Part shown: piece after piece, positions 26,399-35,572 of the stretch
Layout: the number at the start of each line of letters is the position of its first letter
Numbering within the stretch: the stretch's first letter is position 1
DNA from: a virus
Taxonomy: Duplodnaviria > Heunggongvirae > Uroviricota > Caudoviricetes
Length of the DNA stretch: 64,000 nucleotides
Strand: one strand, 5' to 3'
Virus record (IMG/VR): IMGVR_UViG_3300012347_000338
Span: 1 to 64,000 of that record
Made by a program: the position numbers and the translations under genes
The notes under the pieces: model-generated
The model's database searches: none
Told to the model about the DNA's origin: nothing
Seen by the model: the letters and a program-made list of their open reading frames with translations, nothing else

Positions 26399-27358
26399 AT
26401 GACACTCGCAGTAATTGGCTTGGTCTCCGAGATCAAGCCCATCGAAGGCGCTGACCGTATTCAGCAAGCGTTTGTTGACTGCGGCGATGCCGGCGTCTGG
26501 TCCGGCGTTGTCGGCAAAGACATCGTCGTCGGCGACAAAACCATGGTCTTCCTACAAGACGCCATCCTGCCGCCAAGCGACCGCTGGGCATTCATGGAGA
26601 AGCACAAGTGGCGCGTGCGCATGGCTCGCTTCAAAGGCGCGCCCAGTGAGTGCGTGATCATTCCCGCGGGCAACACTGACCTTGAGCCTGGTGATGACCT
26701 CGCCGAGGCCTTGGGTGTCACCAAGTACGAGAAGAAGATCCCGGCGCAAATGGTTGGCCAAGCCAAAGGCAACTTCCCGGACTTCATTCCCAAGACCGAC
26801 GAGCCAAACTTCCAGCGCCTGCGCGACCTAGACGAAGCGCTCGAGTATGTGGACCTGTACGCCGCGATCAAGTACGACGGCACCAGCTGCACCACCTGGA
26901 ATGACAGCGACGGCAACTTGCACGTATGCAGCCGCAACTGGGAGCTTGATGAGTTCACACCCGAAGGCAAGTCAAATGTCTACTGGGAGATGGCTCGCAA
27001 GTACGGCATGGACCAGGTGCAAGAAGGCGTTGCGCTGCAATTCGAAATCATCGGCCCCGGCATTCAAGGTAACCCAGGCGGCCTGACCGAGAACGAGATC
27101 CGCGTCTTCACCGCATACAGCATTGAGAGGCGCGAGCGCCTACCCTTCGCTGCGTTGGTGGCTCTGTGCCAGAACCATAACTTGCCGATGGCAAAGGTGG
27201 TCAGCGCATTCCAAGGGCACCCAGGTGTCGACGCTCTGCGTACCCTCGCAGACAGCGTGCGCTACGGCAATGGCGCGCAGGCTGAAGGCGTCGTGATTCG
27301 CGATGTCGGCAATGGCGACATGAGCTTCAAAGTAATTTCACTCAACTATAAGGACTGA
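26399..27358 (+). CDS. ATP-dependent RNA ligase (Rnl5/DraRnl-like) with N-terminal tRNA-binding OB fold
   Basis: N-terminus resembles tRNA_bind/CsaA OB domain; KYDGTS nucleotidyltransferase motif I; EGVVIR motif. Confidence 0.55.
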   Translation: MTLAVIGLVSEIKPIEGADRIQQAFVDCGDAGVWSGVVGKDIVVGDKTMVFLQDAILPPSDRWAFMEKHKWRVRMARFKGAPSECVIIPAGNTDLEPGDDLAEALGVTKYEKKIPAQMVGQAKGNFPDFIPKTDEPNFQRLRDLDEALEYVDLYAAIKYDGTSCTTWNDSDGNLHVCSRNWELDEFTPEGKSNVYWEMARKYGMDQVQEGVALQFEIIGPGIQGNPGGLTENEIRVFTAYSIERRERLPFAALVALCQNHNLPMAKVVSAFQGHPGVDALRTLADSVRYGNGAQAEGVVIRDVGNGDMSFKVISLNYKD

Positions 27359-27362
27359 CCCT

Positions 27363-27584
27363 ATGAACGGAAAAATGGCCAAGCGCTTGCGCAAGATGGC
27401 AAAACTCGAGATGTCGAGCAACGCAACAACGGTTGACCGCGAGCTCGTATTGGCACGTGTGCACAACGGCGACCGCGTGATCAACGAGCCGATGTCGGTG
27501 CGTGCGATGTACTTGAAGCTCAAGTGGGCGCTCAAGGAATCGGTGCGCAATCCGCAAGCCCGAGTAATTTCGTCGGATATGTAA
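27363..27584 (+). CDS. hypothetical protein
   Basis: 73-aa ORF. Confidence 0.4.
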   Translation: MNGKMAKRLRKMAKLEMSSNATTVDRELVLARVHNGDRVINEPMSVRAMYLKLKWALKESVRNPQARVISSDM

Positions 27585-27591
27585 CTTTTAG

Positions 27592-27619
27592 TTGGCGCAC
27601 CAACTTTTTGTAGCATAAT
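27592..27619 (+). promoter_or_regulatory. conserved phage promoter motif copy 3 (TTGGCG-N16-CATAAT)
   Basis: GCGCACCAACTTTTTGTAGCATAAT; -10 ends 7 nt before ATG 27626 (possible leaderless mRNA). Confidence 0.5.
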
Positions 27620-27625
27620 CACCGC

Positions 27626-27832
27626 ATGGATACAAACGAGCAATTAGCGTTTTACACGCAAAAGATCAAAACCATGCTGACCCGCGTTCCACAGAAAGTG
27701 AACGCGGGCTCCTACGACGGCGCTGTCGCATACAAAAAGTGTGTGATGGCTGCCCGAAAAGCGATTGAGACCAGTCGCCCCAACCTGACCAAAGTGATCA
27801 GCGCCCATAACCAACTCAACAGCTATTACTAA
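27626..27832 (+). CDS. hypothetical protein
   Basis: 68-aa ORF. Confidence 0.4.
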   Translation: MDTNEQLAFYTQKIKTMLTRVPQKVNAGSYDGAVAYKKCVMAARKAIETSRPNLTKVISAHNQLNSYY

Positions 27833-27855
27833 CCCACCGGGCAAGAAAGAAAGAA

Positions 27856-28452
27856 ATGGCATCCGTAAACAAAGTAATCCTCGTCGGCAACTGTGGCCGC
27901 GATCCTGAAGTCCGTTATCTGCAAAGCGGTCAAGCCGTGGCCAACGTCAGCGTTGCGACCTCGATGCGCCGCAAGAACAAAGACACGGGCGAAATCGTCG
28001 AAGACACCCAATGGCACCGCGTCACCTTCTACGACCGCTTGGCTGAAATTGCCGGCGAGTACGTCAAGAAGGGCCGCCCGATCTACGTCGAAGGCCGCCT
28101 CAAGTACGGCGTCTACACAGACAAGACAACCGGCGTCGAGAAGCCTACCTGCGACATCATCGCAACCGAACTGCAATTGCTTGGTGGCCGTGAAGATGGA
28201 CAACAAGGTGGCGGTCAACAAGGTGGCGGACAACGCGCTCAAGGCAACCAGCAACAACGCCCCGCACAAGGCGGCCAGCAACGCCAAGCTCCACAAGGGC
28301 AGCAGCGCCAAGCCCCGCAGAACAACGGCGGCGGCGGCGGACATGGGGGCGGATTCCAGGACATGGACGATGACATCCCGTTCATCTCCTGTGCTGCTGA
28401 GTTCGATATGGAGTCGCGCCTTGAGCGCCGAATCCGCCGAGGCCGCGTCTAA
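27856..28452 (+). CDS. ssb: single-stranded DNA-binding protein with 22-aa extension beyond DDDIPF tail
   Basis: OB-fold N-terminus, Gly/Gln-rich linker, DDDIPF followed by ISCAAEFDMESRLERRIRRGRV. Confidence 0.9.
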   Translation: MASVNKVILVGNCGRDPEVRYLQSGQAVANVSVATSMRRKNKDTGEIVEDTQWHRVTFYDRLAEIAGEYVKKGRPIYVEGRLKYGVYTDKTTGVEKPTCDIIATELQLLGGREDGQQGGGQQGGGQRAQGNQQQRPAQGGQQRQAPQGQQRQAPQNNGGGGGHGGGFQDMDDDIPFISCAAEFDMESRLERRIRRGRV

Positions 28453-28882
28453 GACGTGCTTCAAGTGTCTGATCTGCAAACCCCTTAGCGAGTTTTACAA
28501 GCACAAGGCAATGGCAGACGGACACTTGAACAAGTGCAAAGAATGCACAAAGGAAGATGTTGGTGAGCACCGAGAAAAGAACATTACGCGAATACGCGAG
28601 TACGACAGGGCAAGGTCAAAAACCCCAGCACGTCTTGCGCAAAATCGCCGTGTTTCAAGCCAATGGCGTGCCAACAACCCAATCCGGCGTGCTGCGCAAA
28701 TTGCTGTTGGGAATGCTGTCCGTGATGGGCGGCTCATTCCAACTGCATGCGTTGAGTGCGGAGCTAAAGCTGAAGCCCATCACCCGGACTACAGCAGGCC
28801 ACTCGATGTGGTTTGGCTCTGCCCACCGCACCACAAGCAGGCTCATGCCTTGTTTGCCCGCCTAACCAAGGCACAACACTGA
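28421..28882 (+). CDS. HNH endonuclease with N-terminal zinc finger
   Basis: TTG start after GGAG; CFKCLICK...C..C finger; AHHPDYSRPLDVVWLCPPHH HNH motif. Confidence 0.6.
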   Translation: MSAESAEAASKTCFKCLICKPLSEFYKHKAMADGHLNKCKECTKEDVGEHREKNITRIREYDRARSKTPARLAQNRRVSSQWRANNPIRRAAQIAVGNAVRDGRLIPTACVECGAKAEAHHPDYSRPLDVVWLCPPHHKQAHALFARLTKAQH

Positions 28883-28891
28883 AAGAAAACC

Positions 28892-29320
28892 ATGTCAGAA
28901 AAAATCATCCCCACCGTCGGCCGCATTGTCTGGTTCACACCCGCTGATCACGACGGCATTGGCCGCTTGAATGGCCAGCCACTGGCAGCGATTGTTGCCG
29001 GCGTGCACAGCGACAACTTGGTCAACCTGGCCGTCTTTGACGCCTACGGCAATACGCAGCAGCGCAGCAATGTGCGCTTGGTGCAGCCAGGCGAAGCAAC
29101 CCCAGACGGCGCGCCGTACGCAGCTTGGATGCCCTACCAGGTCAAAGCCGCTGGCATTGAGTTGCCTGTGGTTGAGGCCCCTGCTCCCGCAAGCGACACG
29201 CCTGCAACAGAGGAAGTCGAAGCAACTGGCGACACCACTGCAGTGACCGATGCGGTCGGCGTTGTGGAAGGCGTAGCCGACGAAGCTGGTGCCCAGGTGC
29301 CAGCAGTGAAAGTCAAGTAA
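28892..29320 (+). CDS. hypothetical protein
   Basis: 142-aa ORF. Confidence 0.5.
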   Translation: MSEKIIPTVGRIVWFTPADHDGIGRLNGQPLAAIVAGVHSDNLVNLAVFDAYGNTQQRSNVRLVQPGEATPDGAPYAAWMPYQVKAAGIELPVVEAPAPASDTPATEEVEATGDTTAVTDAVGVVEGVADEAGAQVPAVKVK

Positions 29321-29376
29321 GTAAGTAAAGGTCTGCGCTGGGTTCGCTCAGCGCAGATTGCAACAGGATTCAAAAA

Positions 29377-30285
29377 ATGAAAGCACGTTTAATTCGCAAT
29401 GCCTTGGTCTACAAGGCATCGCTACCCAGTGTTGAGGCACTGACAAAACACCTCGAAGAGCGCCCGTTCACGGAGGCTCTGCCAGGCCAGCCCGGCTCAA
29501 TCGGCTTCATCCCACGTGATGGCTACACGCTGATCGACACGTTCCATGGTGGCTTTGCCTTCACGGTGCGCATCGACGAGAAGATCGTCCCCGCGGGAGC
29601 CGTCCGCACAGAGCTCGAGAAGCGCTGCAAGGAAGCCTGTGATGCCATGGGTCTGCGCCGTGTTGGCAAGAGGCTCAAGGCCGAGATCAAGGACAACATC
29701 ATCCTTGAGTTCCGCGCCAAGGCTTTGGTCCGCACGAATCACATTACGTGCTTCTACGACACCAAGAACGGCTACCTGGTTATCCCAACCACGAGCCGCA
29801 CGACAGCTGGACACATCACCAGCTTGTTGGTGCACTGCGTCGGCAGCATCAAGACCGAGACCATCAACATCAGCGACGTGAAGAACGGCCTGACCACGCG
29901 CCTGACCGCCTGGATGGACGACGACACCGACGCCTTTGGTGAGTTCGCGCCGTGCGATGAAGTGGCTATGACCTGCGGCAACGAGAAGCTGACCGTGAAG
30001 ATGGACCGCTTGGCCAACGCCGAAGACGCACTGCGCGAAGCCATCAAGCGCAACTTCACCATCAAGTCCATGCGCTTCATGGCAGGCACCGAGGTCAAGT
30101 TCGGCTTGACGTCTGACTTCGCCTTCAAGGGCGTCGACTTCCCCGTGTCCGACGCAGCGCAAGCCGACGACGACATGTGGCTGCACGAGGCATCTGTCCA
30201 GCTGCTGAGCTTCTCGGCGATTGTCAAAGACCTCTGCGACCTGCTTGGCTACAAAGAGCCAGAGCAAGAGAAGGAGGCCGCATGA
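29377..30285 (+). CDS. rdgC: RdgC-like recombination-associated protein
   Basis: 302 aa; blocks FTEALPGQPGSIGFIPR, IDEKIVPAGAV, FYDTKNGYLVIP parallel E. coli RdgC. Confidence 0.65.
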   Translation: MKARLIRNALVYKASLPSVEALTKHLEERPFTEALPGQPGSIGFIPRDGYTLIDTFHGGFAFTVRIDEKIVPAGAVRTELEKRCKEACDAMGLRRVGKRLKAEIKDNIILEFRAKALVRTNHITCFYDTKNGYLVIPTTSRTTAGHITSLLVHCVGSIKTETINISDVKNGLTTRLTAWMDDDTDAFGEFAPCDEVAMTCGNEKLTVKMDRLANAEDALREAIKRNFTIKSMRFMAGTEVKFGLTSDFAFKGVDFPVSDAAQADDDMWLHEASVQLLSFSAIVKDLCDLLGYKEPEQEKEAA

Positions 30286-30734
30286 GCATCGACATCGTCA
30301 AACAAATCGACGACCTAGTTGCGTCTAAGACCTTCAGTCTGGATGCGCTCGAGGGCATCAAGGCCATCAAGGACGAGCACCAGCGCGTCTTGCGTGACTT
30401 GCAGACCAAGACTGAGATGCTTGATCTCAAGCGAGAGCAGATCGTGGCTATGGGCGAAGATCTCAATCGCAAGCAAGCGCAAATCGAAGAGCTCCAGACC
30501 AAGGTTGAAGGCATGGCATTGCAGGCTTCGACCGGTGCCGCGGCGATCTGGGAAAAGAAGATCGCCGAGGCCAGCGCCGCCGCCTACAAGGACGCGCTGT
30601 ACACCGTGTTTAAGCCAAGCGCCGTGCGCGAGACCATCCAGCGCAACCACACAGTCATGGTTCCGACCGGTAACGGCGGAGGCTATCCTCAAGCCGTGTC
30701 AAATCAAGACATCATCGTGCGGGAGGATGCATGA
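30282..30734 (+). CDS. coiled-coil hypothetical protein
   Basis: ATG after AAGGAGG. Confidence 0.45.
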   Translation: MSIDIVKQIDDLVASKTFSLDALEGIKAIKDEHQRVLRDLQTKTEMLDLKREQIVAMGEDLNRKQAQIEELQTKVEGMALQASTGAAAIWEKKIAEASAAAYKDALYTVFKPSAVRETIQRNHTVMVPTGNGGGYPQAVSNQDIIVREDA

Positions 30735-31297
30735 CCAAGCCGCTACTCATTGGCCTGACTGGCCTCGCGGGTAGCGGCAAGGACACCGTTCGCGGTGTTC
30801 TTGAGCGTGACCACGACTTCAACGGCATCGCCTTTGCCGACCCCATCCGAGACATGCTCAGCGCTTTGTTCGCAAGCTGCGGCGTGAGTGATGAGTGGAT
30901 GACTGAACGCGACCTTAAAGAGCGAGACATTCCTGCAATCGGCGCGAGCTACCGCAAGATGGCTCAGATGCTCGGCACTGAATGGGGGCGTCAGATTGAC
31001 CCTAACTTCTGGCTCAAGATCACGGAGGCCAAGGTCAAGTACATCAACGAGATTGACTCTGGCGCGATTGTCATCAGTGATGTCCGCTTCCCAAATGAGG
31101 CGGAGTGGATTCAGTCTCAAGGCGGCATGATCTGGAAGATTATTCGCCCAGGTATTGAGTCCGTGCGCGAGCATGCGAGCGAGGCCTTGGTCAACCAGCT
31201 GCCATACGACTGGGTCATTGACAACCGAGGCTCAATTGAAGAACTGAGCCATGCGGCTGATGTGGCCCTAGACTTCTGCCTGACGAAGGCTGAGTGA
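30731..31297 (+). CDS. deoxynucleoside monophosphate kinase (T4 gp1-like)
   Basis: P-loop GLTGLAGSGKDT; VISDVRFPNE and GSIEEL blocks. Confidence 0.6.
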   Translation: MTKPLLIGLTGLAGSGKDTVRGVLERDHDFNGIAFADPIRDMLSALFASCGVSDEWMTERDLKERDIPAIGASYRKMAQMLGTEWGRQIDPNFWLKITEAKVKYINEIDSGAIVISDVRFPNEAEWIQSQGGMIWKIIRPGIESVREHASEALVNQLPYDWVIDNRGSIEELSHAADVALDFCLTKAE

Positions 31298-31608
31298 TGC
31301 TGACCACTCTTGGCATCGTCTCGTTCCTGTTCGTTGCGGGCTTCACGGCCCGTGCGTACAGCAACAACAGCGGCATTGGCCAGACACCTCGCGGAGCAAT
31401 CATTGAGGCCTGGCTCAATATCGCCGTGGGCTTCTCCGTGAATTTTGTGGCCAACCTCTTCCTGCTCCCGCTGGTTGGGGCGAGCTTCACGGCCATGGAG
31501 AACTTCTGGCTGGGCTGGACTTACACGGCGATTTCGATTGTTCGCAGCTACGCGATTCGCCGCTGGTTTAATGGGCTACAATTTGTTGGCCACAAAACAC
31601 AAAGTTAA
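31294..31608 (+). CDS. membrane protein
   Basis: 3 TM helices. Confidence 0.4.
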   Translation: MMLTTLGIVSFLFVAGFTARAYSNNSGIGQTPRGAIIEAWLNIAVGFSVNFVANLFLLPLVGASFTAMENFWLGWTYTAISIVRSYAIRRWFNGLQFVGHKTQS

Positions 31609-31609
31609 C

Positions 31610-32071
31610 ATGACAATTCAATCAAACAAAACCAACTTCAAGCGCACGGCTGACTGGCTCGCAGCATGCGGCAAGACGCCCAGCGAGAAGAATCTTTCTG
31701 TGCAGTTCGGCTGCCACCTCGAGGAGCTATGCGAACAGCTGGACGAAATCATCATCGTGGGCTCAGTCTCTGACAACGACGCGCTTGAGCTCTGCTCTAC
31801 CCGCCTCAAAGGCATCGCGCACCGTCTGAAGCAAGGCGCCACAGGCATCCGCATCAAGAACCGCGAGAAGTTCCTCGACGCCCTGTGCGACGGCGAAGTG
31901 ACCGGCAACGGCGTGGCCTACCAGGCCGGGTTCGACAAAGACGAAGCCGACCGCCGCGTGCTGTTCTCCAATGACGCCAAGCTGGTTGACGGCAAGCCCG
32001 TGATCCTGCCAGGCGGCAAGATCGGCAAGCCAACCGGATGGGTCGCTCCATACCTGGGCGACTGCGTATGA
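31610..32071 (+). CDS. hypothetical protein
   Basis: internal ATG 31610. Confidence 0.45.
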   Translation: MTIQSNKTNFKRTADWLAACGKTPSEKNLSVQFGCHLEELCEQLDEIIIVGSVSDNDALELCSTRLKGIAHRLKQGATGIRIKNREKFLDALCDGEVTGNGVAYQAGFDKDEADRRVLFSNDAKLVDGKPVILPGGKIGKPTGWVAPYLGDCV

Positions 32072-32229
32072 CGGCTCCGGCCGCTCTTCCTGGAAGCATG
32101 CAGAACACACGCCCTTTCAAGGTGTGCTCCAAGTGCAGCAAGCCATCGGAGCCATCCGGTGGCGTGCAGTTTTCATCAACCAAGTGGCGTTGTGCAGCCT
32201 GCTGGCGCTCGTTTCAATTCAAGAAGTAA
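32068..32229 (+). CDS. small zinc-ribbon protein
   Basis: CSKCSK...CAAC. Confidence 0.3.
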   Translation: MTAPAALPGSMQNTRPFKVCSKCSKPSEPSGGVQFSSTKWRCAACWRSFQFKK

Positions 32230-32447
32230 TGCTCGCTTTTCTCACCTTCATCTACCTTCTGTCGGCAGGCATCGTCGGCTATGCGCTCTACCGCCTCTTA
32301 CGCAATGAACGATACGTCACAGCACAAGAGGCAGTGAAGTACCTGCTGATCGTCGCAACCCCCGTTCTGAACACGGTCATTGCTTGCGTGGCTTTCTGGG
32401 AAGCAATCGAAGACATCGTCATCTGGAGCCGCAATGACCAAGCGTGA
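32229..32447 (+). CDS. small membrane protein
   Basis: two TM helices. Confidence 0.35.
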   Translation: MLAFLTFIYLLSAGIVGYALYRLLRNERYVTAQEAVKYLLIVATPVLNTVIACVAFWEAIEDIVIWSRNDQA

Positions 32448-32655
32448 CCTGCCCATCAAGGAAGTGAAGTCCAGCAACGTGCACGGCTATCACTACGACC
32501 CTGCGAATCAGCAGCTGCACATCAAGTTCAAGACCGGCAAGACGTACTGCTACGGCGGCGTTCCTCAGACCGCCATCGACATCCTGCTGAAGGCTGACTC
32601 GTTCGGCTCACACGTGTCCCGCCACATCATCCCGCACTTCAAGGTGATCAAATGA
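32434..32655 (+). CDS. KTSC-domain protein
   Basis: VKSSNVHGYHYDPANQQLHIKFKTGKTYCYGGVP typical KTSC. Confidence 0.55.
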   Translation: MTKRDLPIKEVKSSNVHGYHYDPANQQLHIKFKTGKTYCYGGVPQTAIDILLKADSFGSHVSRHIIPHFKVIK

Positions 32656-32999
32656 CGCCATACGAACATGCTGTCAAAGCCGGTGGCGAGCTCGCAGAAA
32701 GCGTCCAAGAGGTGATCGCCAACCTCAAGTCTGTGCGTGGTGAGATCTTCTCCAATGCGGTTGCGGCTGCGTTTGAGGCCCGCCAGCTGGCCGATGTGTT
32801 GGCTCGCATCGCGCACGAGAACAAGACCAATGAGTTCGTGGTCAGCTTGACCATGGCCGGCATTGAGCTCGGCGCCAGCATCGCATCAAAGACCATTTAC
32901 ACACTGACCGACGAGCAGGTTGAGGAGGTGATCAAGATTGCCGATCAGCTTCACGAGCGTCGTATGCGCCTGATGCGACAAGCTCAGAAGGGTGGCTAA
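32652..32999 (+). CDS. hypothetical protein
   Basis: coupled. Confidence 0.45.
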   Translation: MTPYEHAVKAGGELAESVQEVIANLKSVRGEIFSNAVAAAFEARQLADVLARIAHENKTNEFVVSLTMAGIELGASIASKTIYTLTDEQVEEVIKIADQLHERRMRLMRQAQKGG

Positions 33000-33559
33000 T
33001 GCTTGAGCGAATCATGACCACACCGACGAATCAACTTGCGAACCCGACTGCTGTCGGGCCTTTGCCTGACTTCTTGGACCCGTCAGTGCTAGGCGGGCTT
33101 GACCCGTTTGAGGACTGGTTGACTTGGCCTGGTGTAGACGTCCCGCCTATGCCTTTGCGCATGGGTATCGACGACCCGCGTCGCGACCGCCTATCTGTTG
33201 CTGTCACCGCGGCGACTGTCTACGCCTTGCGCACGGTCACCAACAACGGCGAGGTCATGGACTTCGATCCCGATGAGTTGGTCATGCGTGTGCAGGTCGG
33301 CATGTTCGGCTACTTCTCGCCTGACGGCCTCGGCTTCTCTGAGCGCGACAACCCAGAGGACTCTGGCCACTGCCTTGACATGCTCGGCGAGCCAGATCCC
33401 AACGCGGCTTGGCTGAGCCTGGCGCACGTGATCTGCACCGAGATGGGTATCCCAGAGGGTCACATCAATGACCGCATGCCAATCCTGCGCGACATCCTCG
33501 AAGGTCAGCGCAAGGGCACGAGCGACGTCGGGATAGTTGGAAAGACAGGTGACTGGTAA
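32999..33559 (+). CDS. hypothetical protein
   Basis: 186 aa. Confidence 0.5.
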   Translation: MLERIMTTPTNQLANPTAVGPLPDFLDPSVLGGLDPFEDWLTWPGVDVPPMPLRMGIDDPRRDRLSVAVTAATVYALRTVTNNGEVMDFDPDELVMRVQVGMFGYFSPDGLGFSERDNPEDSGHCLDMLGEPDPNAAWLSLAHVICTEMGIPEGHINDRMPILRDILEGQRKGTSDVGIVGKTGDW

Positions 33560-33816
33560 TGAAAACAGCAATCTACATTGAAGACGGCGTGGTGCAGCTG
33601 GTGCTCACGCCCGAGGGTGAGTTTGAGAACAACGCCCTGTGCAGCTTTGAGAATCAGGCAACACGGACGCAGATCAAAGTTGGCCAGTTCTACAGCTGCA
33701 AAGGCGGATGGACGCGCCACCAAGACATGGAAATGACGGGGTACGGCAAAGACGACCGTGACCGCAGCTTGATCATCCGCATCGAAAAAACCAATGAAAC
33801 TAATCCGACTTCCTGA
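33559..33816 (+). CDS. hypothetical protein
   Basis: coupled. Confidence 0.4.
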   Translation: MKTAIYIEDGVVQLVLTPEGEFENNALCSFENQATRTQIKVGQFYSCKGGWTRHQDMEMTGYGKDDRDRSLIIRIEKTNETNPTS

Positions 33817-33991
33817 AGTGCTCGAGCGCGTGTCACTCAAGAAGACCAAGGTCTACAGCTTGATCGCCGAGGATGAGTTCCCGCGGCCGGTCAAGCTTGG
33901 GGCTGCGAGTGCGTGGGTTGAGGCCGAGATTGACGAGTGGCTTGCCGAGCGTGCATGTGCTCGCACACCCAGTCCGACCAACGCTGCATGA
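33794..33991 (+). CDS. alpA: AlpA-family transcriptional regulator/excisionase
   Basis: LIRLPEVLERVSLKKTKVYSLIAEDEFPRPVKLG signature. Confidence 0.8.
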   Translation: MKLIRLPEVLERVSLKKTKVYSLIAEDEFPRPVKLGAASAWVEAEIDEWLAERACARTPSPTNAA

Positions 33992-35165
33992 GCTCGACGC
34001 GGTCATCCCAGAACTCGGTCCGGTCGTAGGCGCCGTCCAGGCCGCTCTCGTCGGTCTTATGCGACAACTGTTTCTCAATGTAGTCTTTGTCTAGTTTGAG
34101 GCGCTCTGCAATGACCGTTCTCGCCGTGGCGCGAAAGCCGTGGTGGCAGTGCAGACCCTTGTAGCCGAGCGAGTCCAGCGCCTCGCCCACGGCGCCCTCG
34201 CTGAGTGGCTGGTCGTAGCGCTTACCGGGGAAGAGCCAACCCTCGGTGCCCACAATGCCTTGGTGCTGCTTCAGGATCTCAACGACCTGCCGTGACAGCG
34301 GCACCCAGTGCTCGCGGTCCTTCTTCATCTTGTCTTTGGTCAGGCGCCAGACACCCTCCTCCAGATCAAACGCATCCCACTTGGCCGCGCGCAACTCCGT
34401 GGGCCGCTGAAAGAGGTGCGCTGACAGGATCATCAGGTTGCGCACGATGGGGCTTCCGTAGCCAGCAATCGCCTTGAACAGCACCGACACCTCTTTGTGC
34501 CTGGTGACCGCCGGGAAGTGCCCGCGCTCGGCCGCGATGAAGCTGCGCAGCTGGTTGGTCGGCACGGGCGAGTGCTCCACGGTACCGACCTCCATGCCGT
34601 ACTCGTACATCTGCTTCATGTACATGCGCACTCGGCGCAGCATCACCGGAGCGTTGCGCGATTCGATGGTCCGCAGGATGTCCATGACCTCGTCGCGGGT
34701 CACCTCGGACGGATGCTTGGCGCCAATGGCGGGCAGCACATCCTTGATGAACGCCGCGGTGATGTTGCCGCGGTAGACCTCTGAGGTGCGCTTCTTCTTG
34801 AGCCAGTCTTCGAAGAGCGTGCGCACCGTGACCTTGCCAGCCTTGATGGCCGTCTTGACTGCGGCGCGGTCAGCGCGTCGCTTGGCCACCAGGTCGATGC
34901 CGCCGGCAGACTCGTTGCGTGCCGCCTTGGCCAGGTCGCGTGCGCGCTTGAGTGTGACGTGCGGATAGGCGCCCAGCGTGACCGGCTTGCGCTTACCGTC
35001 AACCCAAGTAAGCAGCTGCCAAGAGGCGCCGCCGTTCTCGCGCACAACCAGGTGCAGGTTGTTGCCGTCAGCGATTCGCACCCGCGTTTGCTTGGTCGCG
35101 GCGTCTGCGCAGGCCTTCTTGAACTTGGCCTCGAGGCCGGTCGCTGTGAGGAGCTCTTTTGCCAT
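33891..35165 (-). CDS. int: tyrosine integrase with N-terminal arm-binding (DUF4102) domain
   Basis: R...HGFRATART...Y catalytic blocks; start likely ATG 35165 (alt 35189). Confidence 0.9.
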   Translation of the reverse strand: MAKELLTATGLEAKFKKACADAATKQTRVRIADGNNLHLVVRENGGASWQLLTWVDGKRKPVTLGAYPHVTLKRARDLAKAARNESAGGIDLVAKRRADRAAVKTAIKAGKVTVRTLFEDWLKKKRTSEVYRGNITAAFIKDVLPAIGAKHPSEVTRDEVMDILRTIESRNAPVMLRRVRMYMKQMYEYGMEVGTVEHSPVPTNQLRSFIAAERGHFPAVTRHKEVSVLFKAIAGYGSPIVRNLMILSAHLFQRPTELRAAKWDAFDLEEGVWRLTKDKMKKDREHWVPLSRQVVEILKQHQGIVGTEGWLFPGKRYDQPLSEGAVGEALDSLGYKGLHCHHGFRATARTVIAERLKLDKDYIEKQLSHKTDESGLDGAYDRTEFWDDRVELMQRWSDWVCEHMHARQATRQSRPQPTHSQPQA

Positions 35166-35185
35166 GGTTTTCTCTCTGAGAAACG

Positions 35186-35435
35186 CCACGGTATCACAGC
35201 ACTTGCTGGTATCACGTGTGGTACCACACGGTGGTACGGATGCCCGCGGACAATGACGGAAGCCCGCGAACGGGCAATCGCTTCGAAATCAATCACTTAC
35301 GGGGGCTTGCGGAATCCGGCGGACCTCTGCGGAGGCCACCTTGGCGGAGACGGAGGGATTCGCAGAGCGAGACGTGGCGCGGTTCTTCAGGGTGCTTCCG
35401 GTGTGGTATCACTGCCAGTATCACTGGCGATGCCC
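35186..35435. other. candidate attP: arm-type repeats flanking core
   Basis: GGTATCAC at 35190, 35208, 35404; AGTATCAC 35417; GGTACCAC/GTGGTACC inverted 35220-35238. Confidence 0.45.
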
Positions 35436-35572
35436 TGCTAGGAAGTGCGCCAGATTGCGACCAGTAGGCCGATGACGACGAGGGCAATGATCGGGTGCGC
35501 TCCCGCTGCGACCAGTAGGCCGAGCAGCACGAGGGGTCCAACAATCAAATGCACGCGCGCATCATAAGGGCT

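Noticed and set aside
35457-35523. Small hydrophobic minus-strand peptide (about 38 aa, GTG start)
   Set aside because: It coincides with a 16-bp direct repeat (GCGACCAGTAGGCCGA x2) beside attP and has no RBS. It is more likely a DNA site than a gene.
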